This document shows positions 38,197-52,139 of a stretch of DNA of 64,000 bases, one piece after another. The DNA is taken from positions 24,738,001 to 24,802,000 of the forward strand of contig OY740813.1 in the NCBI GenBank assembly GCA_963514005.1, given 5' to 3'. The position numbers were made by a program, and so were the translations under genes. Within the stretch, counting starts at the first letter, position 1; each line of letters begins with the position of its first letter. The notes beneath the pieces are model-generated. The model searched no databases, was not told the origin of the DNA, and was given only the letters and a program-made list of their open reading frames with translations. This DNA is from Raja brachyura. Lineage: Eukaryota.

Positions 38197-38321
38197 GTCT
38201 GAAGAAGGGTTCTGACCCGAAACATCACCCATCCTTTTTCTCCAGAGATGCTGCCTGAGTTACTCGAGCACTTTGTGTCTATCTTCAGTATCAACCAGCA
38301 TCTGCAGTTCCTTCCTACACA
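38197..38321 (+). mobile_element. Short PLE-terminus-derived insertion
   Basis: GTCTGAAGAAGGGTTCTGACCCGAAACATCACCC…CCAGCATCTGCAGTTCCTTCC; no clear TSD. Confidence 0.85.
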
Positions 38322-38356
38322 TGGAGTTATTTGGTGTGCATTAGCAAGGAGTCAGT

Positions 38357-38618
38357 GTCAAGTCAAGTCAGTTTTATTTCTGTAGCACATTTAAAAACAA
38401 CTCTCGTTGACCAAAGTGCTTTACATTAGTGCAGGTACTAACGTGCTACATACAGTAGTACATAGATCTAACAATACATACATAAATACATACATACAGC
38501 ACTCCTTCAGAGGACCTCAAGAAACGCTTGTGCGTAGAAATAAGTTTTAAGTCTAGACTTAAAGGAGTCGATGGAGGGGGCAGTTCTGATGAGAAGAGGG
38601 ATGCTGTCCACAGTCTAG
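38357..38618 (-). mobile_element. L2-like LINE 3' end
   Basis: (CAAGT)n tail plus TTTTATTTCTGTAGCACATTT…AAAGTGCTTTACA, typical of L2 3' UTR stem-loops; ORF end 'ELPPPSTPLSLDL'-like region. Confidence 0.7.
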
Positions 38619-40740
38619 TGTAACTTCAGTGAGTAATAAAGGAAGGGATTTGTTCCCGCGGTTCAGATAAGTAGTAACAAATTTGATGCAGTGCATGCAA
38701 GAAGTGCGTAGAGAGATTAATTTATTCATAACAACGGGAAAGGATTGCATTTTGGTGAAAATTTCCAGCTAAGACAACATTATTTTCACCTTCTTGCTAA
38801 CAAAAGAAAAAGCAGTAAGAACTTGCGTAAAAGTATCAGATGAACTTCTACTGTTATAGGAGCAATGACATTTTAAAACCAAATGCTCCTAGTGCAAACC
38901 CAGCCCTTTTTAGAATGATGTGCAGTAAATATAAAGTGATATAATGCTTGGCGCTAGTGTTCGATAAAGAAATAATTTTGGGAGCCAAGTTATTTTTCAT
39001 TCTACACTGCTTAGTTAATAGGAGTGTTTGGATAAAAGAAACACTTTGCTCACCACAGGGTGCTCTAATTAAGAGGTTCCCATTGTAATTATAACTGAAA
39101 GCAATTTGACTGGAGAAATTGGTTTTGATTACAAAGCGTAGTCCACCTTGTCTGAATGGAATAGTCCAGCTGAATACCGATCTAAAGTCTCCGATAACTC
39201 ATCACAAAAACTTTCAATGTGTTAATTTGATTGGCTATTTCTTGCAGAATTAAGAAACTTATAACACTTTGTGAAGAAAGAAATCAATCAATTATTTGAG
39301 AATATAGAAATCAGTCAGTATGGTCGTATGATTATTATAAAGACAAACATAAATTCCAACAACAGATAGCCTGGTCATCTATATTTCAATGAAATCTGAA
39401 GATGTGAAAACATAAATGTTGTAGTTTATTCAAAACTTACTCTTATTTCTTTCTTTGTTTTCTTGCTGCATTTACCCCCCCTTTTGTGTTGTACTGAAAT
39501 ATGTGGCAGTGCAGATACAAACTATCTTGACACTGTCTTGTTGAAGTGGCCATTTGGCTTGTTAACCTGGTGGTCAGTGAACTGTTAAATATCAGAAGGA
39601 TTTCCCAACTGGATTTCAACAGACCTTCACCTGAGCCACAAACACCCTAACAGCCAACCTGATGATGGTTGCAAATGAAAACCGATATAGTCAGTCCACC
39701 AGACATAGAAGAGGCAAGGATCCTCGTATCTGCCAAGACATTAGTAGCCAGCAGTGCTCCATGTAGTTCAGTTAACGCTGAATAAGGTCAATTCTTTGCA
39801 CAACATTTCTAAATTATGCTTAGCTATACTACAAACGCCTTTCTTATTTCTTCAGAATATAAAGAGCGATCGTTTAGCGTAAAATATTAGCTTTACTCAC
39901 TGCGCTAAGGTGAAAATTAGGATGAAAATGAATCTAATTTGGAGATTTTACGATTCAATTTGAATGATCAAAAGATTGAGGAAAATCTCAAAATAGTTGT
40001 TGCAAGAGGTAGTTATTTCCGTTGGTTAGTTATTGTGTATTTGTTTCTTATATTGTTATTTGTGAAAAGCTCTTCTTTAAAATGGAGGGAGGAGGTCACA
40101 ATACCAATAACTGGGTTACTCTGGACTTTGAAGCATCGAAGCAACTGAATATTGCTAAACATGTTGCCAAGAGAATTGGGATGCTTGGATTAGGTTGGTA
40201 CTTTGGTCAGATCTCTTCGTTTAGGTTAATGCCCGCTTTGTAAAATTCCTTTGTCTAATGCAGATTCCATACAGAAGTACAGTAATAAAAGAGCTGTAGA
40301 TAATGTTGCAGTCTGTGGTATGTTAAATACCCAACAGAAGGTCCATTAACATAAATGTTTTAATCAGAGACACAGTGTTATGTATCTAAATTAAAACGTT
40401 TTGTGCATCAGTCTGCTGCAAAAAGCAGCATCATCATAATTAAACATTTTTGCTTTGTTTAAAAAGAACAATCCCAGGCAGCATTTAGAAAGTAAGAGTT
40501 GTATTGATACAACTTCACGGGTCTCTTTAAACAGCATTTTAGTGTCAATAATGAATTCTTCCCACTTCATGGCTTCATTTTGTTTTGGTTTTTTTGTCAT
40601 AGTGACCTGTTTGTCATTTTAGAATAAGAAACATGCTCCATTGTTCAACATGTCATTTACCTGGAAAAAATGGCTGATTTGAGGGACATGGAGCATTTCT
40701 TTAACAGAGTGCACGGATTCGCTTCAGGGCTGAGTGATAG

Positions 40741-40936
40741 NNNNNNNNNNNNNNNNNNNNNNNNNNNNNNNNNNNNNNNNNNNNNNNNNNNNNNNNNNNN
40801 NNNNNNNNNNNNNNNNNNNNNNNNNNNNNNNNNNNNNNNNNNNNNNNNNNNNNNNNNNNNNNNNNNNNNNNNNNNNNNNNNNNNNNNNNNNNNNNNNNNN
40901 NNNNNNNNNNNNNNNNNNNNNNNNNNNNNNNNNNNN
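40741..40936. other. Run of 196 N (assembly gap or masked segment)
   Basis: Seen directly; flanks are unique sequence. Confidence 0.99.
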
Positions 40937-43685
40937 CTGAGCGAGTGTGCCATTACTGATAGCATTACTAGGATGAGCAGTACTTAGCAGTGATGGCATT
41001 TCTGCTGGAGAGTTTGGGTGGGACAAGAGTTAATAGCACTTCTAGCGGCACCAGGTTTACATGCTTTAGCTCTGAAACTCTGCAAGACACTTGTTCGGGC
41101 AGCTGTAAGCAGCAAAATGCATTTGTTTGCTGGATTTTGGAGTCAGCACATAAACATCAGTTCAATTTTGTGTGGCAACATGCAGCGATGTTGGCAGAAT
41201 GAAGGAGTCTGTTTTGTTTATACAGCATGTAATAGTTGATGAAATGTATTTTGTGTGTCTGAAAAAGTTTGAAAGCAATCAAGTTAACTCATGGTATAAA
41301 CACATTTTGGATGGGATGGATATATATGGTGGTTCACTTCTTGTAACTTTTTAATGTGGACACAGTAACTCCTTCAATGGTGTATTTTGATGTCCCTGAC
41401 ATGCGTTAATTTTATGGACAGGAAAAACTCATTTAAAAGTAATCTTTTTTTGACAGGATTAATATTTGTTTGCCTGCCTAAACTCAATCTAAACAAATTC
41501 AGTATTTAATTTGACGAATAGATGAAACCCTTTGCATTTAAGAGTTGGTGCTCCATTGCCTATGTGTTATTGGCAGATTACTGCCCACAGTTACCATAGT
41601 GACCATCCTATTGCCTTGTTTAATGTACCTTGGTTACATTCTGGTTCTACTCGGTTTATTAAAACCATTTTGTTCGATACTTTACTTTTTAAGATTTTGA
41701 CTTCATGACTTTGTGTTGAGAATCAAAACCAATGGGAAAACTCAGCACGGTAGAAAAATATTGAAAAAGATCTGTTCTAGTTTCCCTATCTATATTGGCC
41801 TGCATTAGGAGCATTTAAAAAAAATCTGTCAAGAAAAGTAACGTCTGCTGTGATGAATGGCAGGGATTTTCAAAATTGCTGTTAACGAGAAGAGTTTGCA
41901 TTCAATGCTTTTGTAATTAACTAATTATTCCAACCTAATCTGCCCTTTGCCATATTTTATGTAACATTGAGTAGGTGAAGAAAAAACGGCATTTATAAAG
42001 CTCCTTCTTTCCCTTATTTGATGTGCAAAAGTATTTCAAATCACTGACCATCGATTGCTCTTGACATCTATGAAGGTGAATTTGATCTGCGGAAATGGGT
42101 TTTGTATATGTCTGAAGGAGCGAATTCAACAGAAACGGGCAAATTACTGTAATTTAAAGAGAGTGTAATTTACAGACTGCCTTTAGGCTAATACAGAGAG
42201 AGGCCAAGGATGTTCAGAGTGAGTGAAAAATCAGTTTCTCTTGAAGGGAAATGTGTGCTTTAGTATAGGCATTGCTTGTTGTGACTGAATCTTTTGTTCT
42301 TTGAATTGAAATGAGCTGTATTTATTTATTTTTAAAACCTACTGCTTGATTATTGATTTGAATTGGATAATGTGAAAAAGAAATAGCTTGCTAAGGTAAT
42401 AATGTTCTGCCTCTCTTGAGATCCCAATTTTTTCTGTACAAACTAAAAGGTTAGCAGTGACATATTTGCTTTAAAGGAGCAGGTTCTATTGCATATGTGT
42501 TGTCATGCATGTATTCTTTACAATCGAGTACAAAGTATATTATCCTCCAATGCTATTAACAATAATATAAAATCACGTGTAGAGAACAATATACAAGGAT
42601 AAAAAGGTAAATGTTGTGAGTTACTTTAATTTATTGAACAAAAGATGCAGAATTCATCCCAGCCTTCTCAATAGCCTGGATCTTTCTGAGTCGGACCTAC
42701 CACCTGCACTCGCCAACTGCGTCTCCATTCCCTTTTGCTGAGTGTGGAAGACAATCTCGTTGTCCAGATGGTCTCTGAGCTGCCTGGAAATGCCCTAAGT
42801 GTAGTATGATGTAATGGAGTGATATGGACAAGTCAGAGCAAGTTATATCACAAAACACCCCTGGAAACCTTTAACCATCTGCGAAGCATGGTCCAGCTTT
42901 TGCCAGTTGTCAGGGGTGCCAAGCTTTCTCTGTTTAAATTGGAAAAGAAATACATAGTTACATACATTTACTTATTTACAACTACACACATTTAAAACAT
43001 ATTTTGAAGGACATTTAAATGACAATGATAATAAACAAAGTAAATAAAGAAATGTAGCCTAAACTCATTCTTCCTTTACTTTGCCCACACACCCACTCTC
43101 CTGTGCAAGTGAATGGGTTCAAGGATCCTGTGCCAGATCGAAAGTGCCACATGGTTCAGAAGCAGATTCCTCGATATAAACATAGAGTCACAGAAAACTT
43201 TGCTCTGCCACTGATTTCTGTGGGTAGTAAACCATTGGACCACAGCTTCAAAATGGACAGCGAAGCTGGACCAGTAAATGGAATTTCCGTGCTTATGTGG
43301 GAGTCATGAACCTGCCATTTCCAACAAAATCAGCTTATTGTCTGGCTTGGGGCAATAGTAACAATTACTTTTTAAGAGTACATTACTGGCCAGCAATAAC
43401 ATTGGCTTTTGTGCAGATCATTTAGATCTCCTCTCCCATTCAGGCAATCCAGCTGTATTACACAATAATTACCACATCATGGCACCTTCTCAGTTCATGA
43501 CTGCACAGAGTGAACTTCTCTCCATTTTCCATTCTTGCCTTCTTGCAGAAGGTGAACGCACCTTGTGCCCCAGGCTAAATTAATTGCTTTGTTTTATAAC
43601 CTTCCATCCTCTACCCTCCCATACACGCACACACACAGAATGTCACTTTCTCAAATGTGCACAGTCGCCATTTAAAATGTGAGCA

Positions 43686-44230
43686 TGGTCCAAATCTGAG
43701 GAAAGACATCCTTGCCATAGAGGGGGTACAGAGAAGATTCACCAGACTGATTCCTGGGATGTCAGGACTTTCATATGAGGAAAGATTGGATAGACTCGGT
43801 TTGTACTCGATGGAATTTAGAAGATTGAGGGGGGATCTTATAGAAACCTACAAAATTCTTAAGGGGTTGGACAAGCTAGATGCTGGAAGATTGTTCCCGA
43901 TGTTGGGGGAGTCCAGAACAAGGGGTCACAGTCTAAGGATAAGGGGGAATTCCTTTAGGACCGAAATGAGGAAAACATTCTTTACACAGAGAGTGGTGAG
44001 TCTCTGGAATTCTCTGCCACAGAAGGTAGTTGAGGCCAGTTCATTGGCTATATTTAAGAGGGCGTTAGATGTGGCACTTGTGGCTAAAGGGATCAGGGGG
44101 TATGGAGAGAAGGCAGGTACGGGATACTGAGTTGGATGATCAGCCATGATCACATTGAATGGCGGTGCAGGCTCGAAGGGCCGAATGGCCTACTCCTGCA
44201 CCTATTTTCTATGTTTCTATGTTTCTATGT
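43686..44230 (+). mobile_element. Young 5'-truncated CR1/HER1-like LINE
   Basis: Uninterrupted ORF2 C-terminus (PNLRKDILAIEGVQRRFTRLIPG…GEKAGTGY*, stop at 44130), 3' UTR and (TTTCTATG)3 tail. Confidence 0.95.
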
Positions 44231-44990
44231 CTACAGATAGGATGGATTAAGTTAGCACTGTTCTGAATCCTCTCATGGTTCTTTCAGTGGTTTGTGTTCT
44301 GTATGAAATTTAAGCAATTCAGACAACTGTAAAGTTGACTCCATTTGCTAACTTGCAATAATGTAAAAGGTGAAAATGATAAAATAATTAACTAAATTAA
44401 GATAGAAGCAGTATAGCAACAATTTTCACCCATTTTTATGAAAGATTTATGGAAGAAAACATGGTATGTGACTCTCATTGTCATGCTCACCATTTCATAT
44501 TTACCGAGTGGTGGAAAAGGTTAACTAATTTCATTACTATAGCTAGTATTTCTGTAAATGATATAACATTTTAGCCTGTTTCCATTTGTATAAGACATGT
44601 TTTATATAAGTGATCAGATATAAAATCTGAATTTGATATGTGCACTATTTGCTGTATAATTCACTTCCTCCTTTCCACATATTCTCTTCATTGTGCTGGG
44701 CATACACAGTCTAGCTTGAGTCCTTGCAAAGCCAAAGGTATACTGCGACTTGTTTGCATGCAGATGGAATACTGCTTCTATCAGCCATTGAAAATTAGTT
44801 AGAAATGCGTGGTTCCATTTTATTTGGAATTGAGATTGTGTTTTAATAGAGAATGCTACAGAAATTGCTGTAATGCTCTGATTGAAAATAAGGAATTAAA
44901 AAAAACTATTCAAAACTGTCAGCCTGTTTGCAGACGTGCAAAATGAAAGTTACTTTTGCAACACCTCTACACATACAGGAGGTTTTAATT

Positions 44991-45266
44991 TACTTTAGAC
45001 TTTAAAGATACAGCGTGTAACAGGCACTTCGGCTCATTGATTCCACGCTGTCTAGCGATCAGCCTGTGCACTAGCCGTATCCTGCACACTAGGGACTATT
45101 TACAATTTTACTGAAGTCAATTAACCCACAAACCTACACATCTTTGGAGTGTGGGAGGAAACCGGAGCACCCGGGGAAAACCCATGCAGTCACAGGGAGA
45201 ATGTACAAACTCCATACAGACAGCACCCTTAGTCAGAATTGAACCCAGGTTTCTGCTGTTGTAAGG
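44991..45266 (-). mobile_element. HE1-like SINE, head truncated
   Basis: Homologous to 1865-2130. Confidence 0.85.
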
Positions 45267-47269
45267 TGCTGGGCCAAAGTGGCAATTCTGTAAAATTGGA
45301 TGGGATGATTTGAATTGTTGAAATGTATTTATAAATAGGCTAATATATTTTTGCCATGTGCCTTATCTGCCATTATTGGACTTTAAAGAAAAATTGATTT
45401 TACAAAAATGAACACCTTATTTTGCAGCTGCTGGCTTCAGTGGTGTGCTTCCTCTAGGAATTCCCAAGGTTAAGAATTCCCCACTTCAAGATCTAACAAA
45501 CTAGTGACATGGAGCAATATCTGTGCGCACAAAAGATTGAATTGTGCTTTACAGCATGCTGTTTTCTTTTGTACCCTTGGAATCCGTTGTGCACCCAGAT
45601 GTGTGTAGTAATGCCATTGGACTGCTCACTTTCTAGCATGCGTGCTCTGTAGATGCTGTGGATCACCGATACAGCACAATTGTGGTCTGCTTTAGCTTAC
45701 GTTAAATGTGGCCAGCTCTGTCATTGAATCCAACACAGGGTAGAGATTCTTTAAACAAAATACTTACTCCTCATGGTGGATTTTCTTGGAATCGCTCAAC
45801 TACCACATTCTCTTTCTCCTACCAAGTTTCAATTCCAACCAAATGTTGCATTCTACCCAACACCCACATCTAATCCGCTGCTCTGATTTCTTCCACACTC
45901 TGTCCAGACCAGTGACCAATCTGTTTTCCTTTGTACATTCCACAGCGGTGAAGCACGTTAATTGTGTATGGCTTAGAACTTGTATATTATAGAATTTTGT
46001 GGCAGTAGGCCATGAAAAAAAATAGATGCCATTTAAGTGCATTCATGATTTACTGCCTCTTTCTAGGCACCAAAAGTGGCTGTGTTTTCACACATGTTTT
46101 CTTGCGAGTAGAACATCTGCTTCAGTTTGTGTTGAAGGGGTTAATGGTGCAGCATTTGTAAAGTGAACTTTTGCCCTCTGTTTTGCCCCCTTGGTGGGGG
46201 TGAATTCCTAGGATATTTGCAGTATCAAGTCATCTTAATGTTATGGGGAGCAGGATTTTTTTTTTTTGCAGCAAGTTATTTGTTGAAGCCTTCTGCACTT
46301 TATATATCTTCATTTAATAAAAAAGGACCATTTCAAAATTTGTAACAGGATTTTTGATCAATTAAATTCTTTGGTGGTAGTGATTTACTTGTTCCTTTTA
46401 AATAATAAAGGCTACCAGCTAAATAAAATTGCACAAAACATCCAAAGTCATGCAATTAATATCCACGCTATGTAATTGTCATATTTGGTGTCCGAATTTT
46501 CAGCTCTGCAGTTGCAAGTATCAAACTTTTTCGTACTAATTTCCCCTTCCTACGCTTTTTAATTTGGGTTTTTCGCTTGTTCATCACTTACAAAATGAAC
46601 CATTGCAATAGCATTGCTTTTATCTTAAAACCTCATATTTTTCAACTTGAACAATAAATAGATTTCTCCTATAGATTGTTTAGAAAATGTATGACAATTG
46701 GTTCCATTCGTAAGGATGAGTGGGATGCCTTCTTTGTCCAGTCGACCAGCTGAGCACACTGCCATTTTCCTTTGTTACTGCCTGGATAAAATGGGGGGAA
46801 ACTGCAGGTTCTTAAAACTCAATGTGGAAATAAGAGACTGTTGCCTTGTATTAGAAAGATCAAATGCAATCATCATATATTTCTTCTTTCATGTTATAGG
46901 CATTTGCTGCCTTTTGAGAAGGGCCAAAATGAATTAACAGTCACCTGACTCGTGCATTGACTTATCCAGAATAGCAAGATCATCTCAGCATGGATAATGT
47001 GCGTTTAATTACCTGTGGATGTGGGACAAACCCTTGCGCTGTAATCTTTCATTTAACTTTTTATTGTAATTACGCACAACCCATTACATTAAATAACCAC
47101 ATGTGAATATTATTCTGTTGATTGACTGATATAAACAAATGCAAACTCCTGTGTTTGGGTTCTTGGAGGAAACATCTGAGCACAAAAGATTTGAAAAATA
47201 GTTGTTAACTTTCCTGCTAATTGGTTTATATTCTGAAGATGTCAAATTGTAGAATATTGTGACATTTTC

Positions 47270-47700
47270 AGCACAAACTGGACCCAGTCAGCCCATCCCA
47301 ACCGTGCCACCCACAAGAAGAGTTCATGGCCTTCTATGGTTGTTCAGATGATCATCTGTGTACATTAAATGTGATGAGGATTTCTTCCTCTGCCACGTTA
47401 TTAGGTATTGTTCCAGATCCCTACCTTCCCCTTTCTATTGATTAACTTAAATTCATGCCCTCTTGGTACTATCCATTTTGCTATGTTAATCAATTACTTC
47501 CTGCATAAAAATCTATCTCTTATGATTTTATTTACCTCAGTTAAATTTCCCTTCAATCTCCTCTGTTTCAAAGCTAGCAACTCGGGCTAGTTAATGTTTT
47601 CCCTAAAACATAAATGTTCCAGTCTCAGCAACATTCTTGTATATATCCACATTACCCTCTATCACCACTTTCTTGTGACATCCATTGATACCTTTCTTCC
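47270..47700 (-). mobile_element. Old CR1 3' fragment
   Basis: TTGTTCCAGATCCCTACC, TATGATTTTATTTACCTC and GCAACATTCTTGTA resemble the other minus-strand CR1 pieces. Confidence 0.55.
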
Positions 47701-47734
47701 ACTGAAGCTTTCTTCCTCATTAATGGACATTATT

Positions 47735-48460
47735 TGAAGGTAGACAAAAATGCTGGAAAAACTCAGTGGATGAGGCGGTATCTATAGAGAGAAGGAATAG
47801 GCGACGTTTTGGGTCGAGACCCTTCTTCAGACTGACGTCAGGTGGGGTGGGAAAAAGAAAGGGGAAGAGGCGGAGACAGTGGGCTTGTGGGAGAGCTGGG
47901 AAAGGGAGGGGAAGGAGGGAGAAAGCAAGGACTACCTGAAATTGGAGAAGTAAATGTTCATACCGCTGGGGTGTAAACTACCCAAGCGAAATATGAGGTG
48001 CTGTTCCTCCAATTTGTGCTGGGCCTCACTCTGGCATTGGCGGAGGCCCAGGACAGAAAGGTCAAATTCGGAATGGAAGGTGGAGTTGAAGTGCTGAGCC
48101 ACCGGGAGATCAAGTTGGTTATTGTGAACTGAGTGGGGTAGTTGGGCGAAGCGATTGCCAAGCCTACGCCTGGTCTCACTGATGTAGAGAAGTTGACATC
48201 TGGAACAGCGGATGCATTAGATGAGGTTGGAGGAGGTGCAGGTGAACCTCTGCCTCACCTGGAAAGACTGCTTGGGTCCTTAGATAGAGTCGAGGGGGGA
48301 GGTAAAGCGACAAGTGTAGCATTTCCTGCGTTTGCAAGGGAAAGTACCAGGGATGGGGGTAGTTCGGGTGGCAAGAGACAAATTGACCAGGGAGTTACGG
48401 AGGGAACGGTCTCTGCGGAAAGCAGAAAAAGAAGGAGCGGGGAAGATGTGGTTAGTGGTG
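47735..48460 (-). mobile_element. Penelope-like element 3' part: GIY-YIG endonuclease pseudogene plus terminal repeat
   Basis: Minus strand reads GTFPCKRRKCYTC…FTCTSSNLI*CIRCSRCQLLYISETRRRLGNRF…PVAQHFN…LEEQHLIFRLGSLHPSGMN (stop 47932-47934). The same terminus found in the short insertions follows. Confidence 0.9.
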
Positions 48461-48825
48461 AATGTCATTTCCAGTGGGCCTCAACAAACTGTTCAACTCC
48501 AGGGGCTTTGACGCTTTGTTTGATCTTGTCCCCTTGTATCCAAACATATTCGCTTCCAGCATAGAGCGGGAAGTCTGGCTGTTTTCACCCAGAGTGCAAG
48601 AACAATTGGGTCACTGATTGAGATCAGCTAATTTAATACAGGGGATAATGTGGGTTTATCAAGCCTGTATTATTAGGTGGGCAGGAAATTATTGACTTTT
48701 TTACAACCGTGACACTTTAAAACCTGTCTGACAAGCAATTTGTTTGAATTTACCCTTATGAATAAATAGTGAGCAGATAAAAATAAATTAAAAATGCCAG
48801 AAACACTTTCCATACCACACAACAG

Positions 48826-48880
48826 CTGTGGAAAGGGAAACAGTTAACATTTCAGTGCAGGATCCTTCATAAGAATTGGG
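48826..48880 (-). mobile_element. Old PLE-terminus fragment
   Basis: CTGTGGAAAGGGAAACAGTTAACATTTCAG…CCTTCATAAGAA. Confidence 0.5.
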
Positions 48881-50004
48881 TGAATGACCTAAATAGATGC
48901 AGCTTGGGGCAAACGGAATGATGCTTTTACCTATAGAAGAACGAGAAGTTTCACAAGTAATCAAGTCAGTCATCAGAAATGAACAGAAGAAAATGTACTG
49001 ATAAAAATGGAAAAGGAGAAGTTGTCAACTTTTTGCAAGAAACCTAACATTTTACGTACACAATATGCCTGCTTTTTGTTAATTTCATGCCCATTAAAAT
49101 ATGCATATTTCATTTTGTGCTGATGGCTAAAAATTGGAATTTACCCTTTGGCATTAGATGTAGGCATTGATTGGCACAGGAGAATAAAGGAGATTGTTTT
49201 TTTCTGGTCAAAGGCAGGGCCCAGATGTAGCCACGCCTGTTGTGATGGTGGAGCCTCAAGTGCCCTCGTGCCAAATGTTTCCCCAAGATACTTGAAGTAT
49301 GGACCAGTGCTGTAACATGTTGCACTGTGGTGTTAAATATAAAGATGTTTACATTTTTATCAGCACTGGCTGTGGTACTAGATGGAGCGCACAAATGTCT
49401 GGCAGAGGTTGTGGGCAGAATGTGTATTTCCCAACGGGAACCCATTAATTTGTGTCTTTTGCATAACTTGCTCCAAAAGATTTGCTCCTTTTTTTATGAT
49501 ATGAGTGAGAAGCGGATCGGACCTGTAACAACTGCTTTTTCTGAGTAAATATGGAAATAGCTGCTATGCACTAAAAGATGTTATTAGATATCCACTTTAT
49601 CCTGGGAACATGTCAGACATGTTAAAGTGATTTGCCTGGAAGCATGCAGGTCAATTTTCAGATGGCTGCTAACTAACTTGGAAATGATTGGTAGTAAATT
49701 CTACTGTGTGCAAAATGGCCTTGAGCATAAATCCTGCATAAAAATGTGCACAAATGGATCTAATTTTTTGGTGTATGTATCTCTATCCCTGCACACTTGT
49801 TTCATCCGATAGTTAGTAGCAAGCCATTGTCTCTTTTATGAATCTTTTGTCCAATTTTTTTTTAAATGTGCAAATATCTTTTAGAGTTTCAGCATGAAGT
49901 ATAAACTAATACTCGTGCAGCACTAACCAATTTGATTTGTTGCTTGGGTCCTTGAGAGTTCCAAATGCTAAATTTTGGATCTGGGGGAAAAAAAAAGTAA
50001 ATGG

Positions 50005-51620
50005 GGTTGAAGACATTGTTTAAAGTGCGGACAAGTTCACCTAGTTGAATGTGTGTATTTGTGGTGGGCAATTGATTGGTTCTCTGGTTCAAGAAAGAAA
50101 TGGAGGACCCTTAGACCCTTCTGATGTGAGGCAGTACAGAGAGAGTGTATGTTTTTGGTAAAGATTAGCTGGTTGGGACCAAAGAATTGGAAACTGTTAA
50201 AGTGGCAAAGGGCATCTGAAAGTTCGGGGATGTATATGGAACGAGTTCCATGGACTAGGGGAGACCACGATGGAGTCGAGGTAAGAGTGGGGTCTTGAGT
50301 AGGAGCCAGCAGTGCCCAGTGTTTGTACACTGTTGTGTGAGGCTGAGGCAGCACAAGATTGGATGCAGTGAAGGGAAGATTTATGTAAGAAATGAGGTTC
50401 GTAACTCTTGGAGGCAATGATCTGATGTTCAATGGTTGGGCATGATGAGAGTGAGATATGAATGTGTCTGCGAACTGATATTTGGCCTCTGCAACCTTAA
50501 GGTCAGTTCACCAGGCTACAACAGTACCATCCCTGTTGGCAGGTTTACAATGATATCAGAGCTGGTTCTTTGTGAGCAGAGCCGTGTAAATTGAAAGAGA
50601 ATAGGTTAGAGTGAGTGAGGGGAGTGGAAAATCAAGGCAGTCAATGTCCCATCTGCAGTTCACAAGGAGTAGATCAAGAGAGGGTACAAAGTCAGAGGGA
50701 GAGATCCACGTGAATCAGGAAGGCTGGAGACAAGAAAAGAGTCTGCAGTCTTGGGTGAAAACGCCTGGTCAAAGAAATGCGTTTGGAGGTGACGGAAGAA
50801 GAGTCCTCAGACTTAATTGAAGTAAGTTTGTAGAGGAATGCAGCTGAGGCCTCTTGGCGACTGCTGTTTGGGGATCAGAAATGGGACCATTGGAAGGGAA
50901 GGGGAAATCACACGGGTGGAACTGGAGGGAGAGATGGGAAAGTTGAAAGGTCCGGAGGGATATTGGAGGGGTATTGGAATTTATAAGATGTTCAAGTTTG
51001 ACATTTTTTAAGCCACAAAAGAAATAAAATAAATTATCTGCTACAGCATTGAATGAAGAGATTCTGGACCATAACAGCTTTAGGCAGGATGAGTAAGAGT
51101 AGTTGACAGAGGTCAAGAGAGTGCATGGATTAAATGTGGATCTTGGTATACGAAGAGAACAATGTCTTGAGAAATTATGGCAAGTTTGTAGATTCCTGTG
51201 ATCCTGGGTGAGTAAATAGTAAAGGGTGGATTTTGAGTTAAAATCCACTTGGGGTAAGTTGGAGACATTTGCTAATGAAAGAAATATGCACGTGGAAGTG
51301 AGTTTTGGTCAAAGTCTTAGTGAAAACTGGAAGAACAAGAGAAACCACTGAGGATGAACTACACAACCAAAAGGGCAAAATTCTTGTCAGAGAATGCAGG
51401 AGAACTTCCAGTTGTCATTGCTGGAAGATAAATTGTCATTCCTGGCAGTGAATTAAATAGTAAATGAATATAAAAAAACAAGATGCATAAAATCTAAAAT
51501 AAAACATAAAATACTGGAAATAGTTGTTAGGGCAGGCAAAATCTGTGGATAGAGAAACAGAGTTAAAGTTTCAAGTCTAAGACCCTTTGTTAGAAATAGG
51601 AAAGAGAGAAAACAAGTTAG
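50005..51620 (-). mobile_element. Old Penelope-like element 5' part: RT pseudogene plus terminal repeat (~51500-51600)
   Basis: ORF 50037-50432 'LPFTASNLVLPQP…SDALCHFNSFQFFGPNQLIFT…GLRVLHFFLE' and ORF 49889-50092 'LGELVRTLNNVF' resemble PLE RT. Confidence 0.7.
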
Positions 51621-52139
51621 TGTTATATTTTAGATAAAGTGAGAAAGGGATGGTTTTGACCCAAATTTTCTCCCACTAGTTTTATATGCTGCTGTTCTTC
51701 ATAAGGTTTTTGAAGAAACAATATATATTACACTTTGCTTGTACTATCATTCGTTAACCATTTAACCCATTTTACCAGAGGACTGTACACTTTATTGCAC
51801 AATAACCCTGGCCTCGCTATCACAGATATTTTCTTTATCTTATCGATCCCTGGAATTGCAGTCATGAAAAATCCAAGCTGATACAGCTGAAATGTGTTGC
51901 TGCATGTGATTATCTCCATATATACTTTTTTCTCTTATTTTTCAAAACCTAAATAAATCTTGAATTTCAGAATCCTTTATTTTGCACATGTGAACAAAAA
52001 TTGTGTGACTGTCCAACTTCAGCTTGGACACTAGAAGTTTATACCACACCAGTGGGATAGTGGAAATGTAGCTTTTTTGTACCCTGTGCAATGGAGGTAA
52101 ATGTTGTCCTTTTAAGGAAGATATATTTGGTAGAGATGA

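Noticed and set aside
39655-39700. CTGATGA-TGGTT…AACC-GATA-TAGTC, hammerhead-like
   Set aside because: GAAA core is GATA and stem I does not pair; at best a dead relic.
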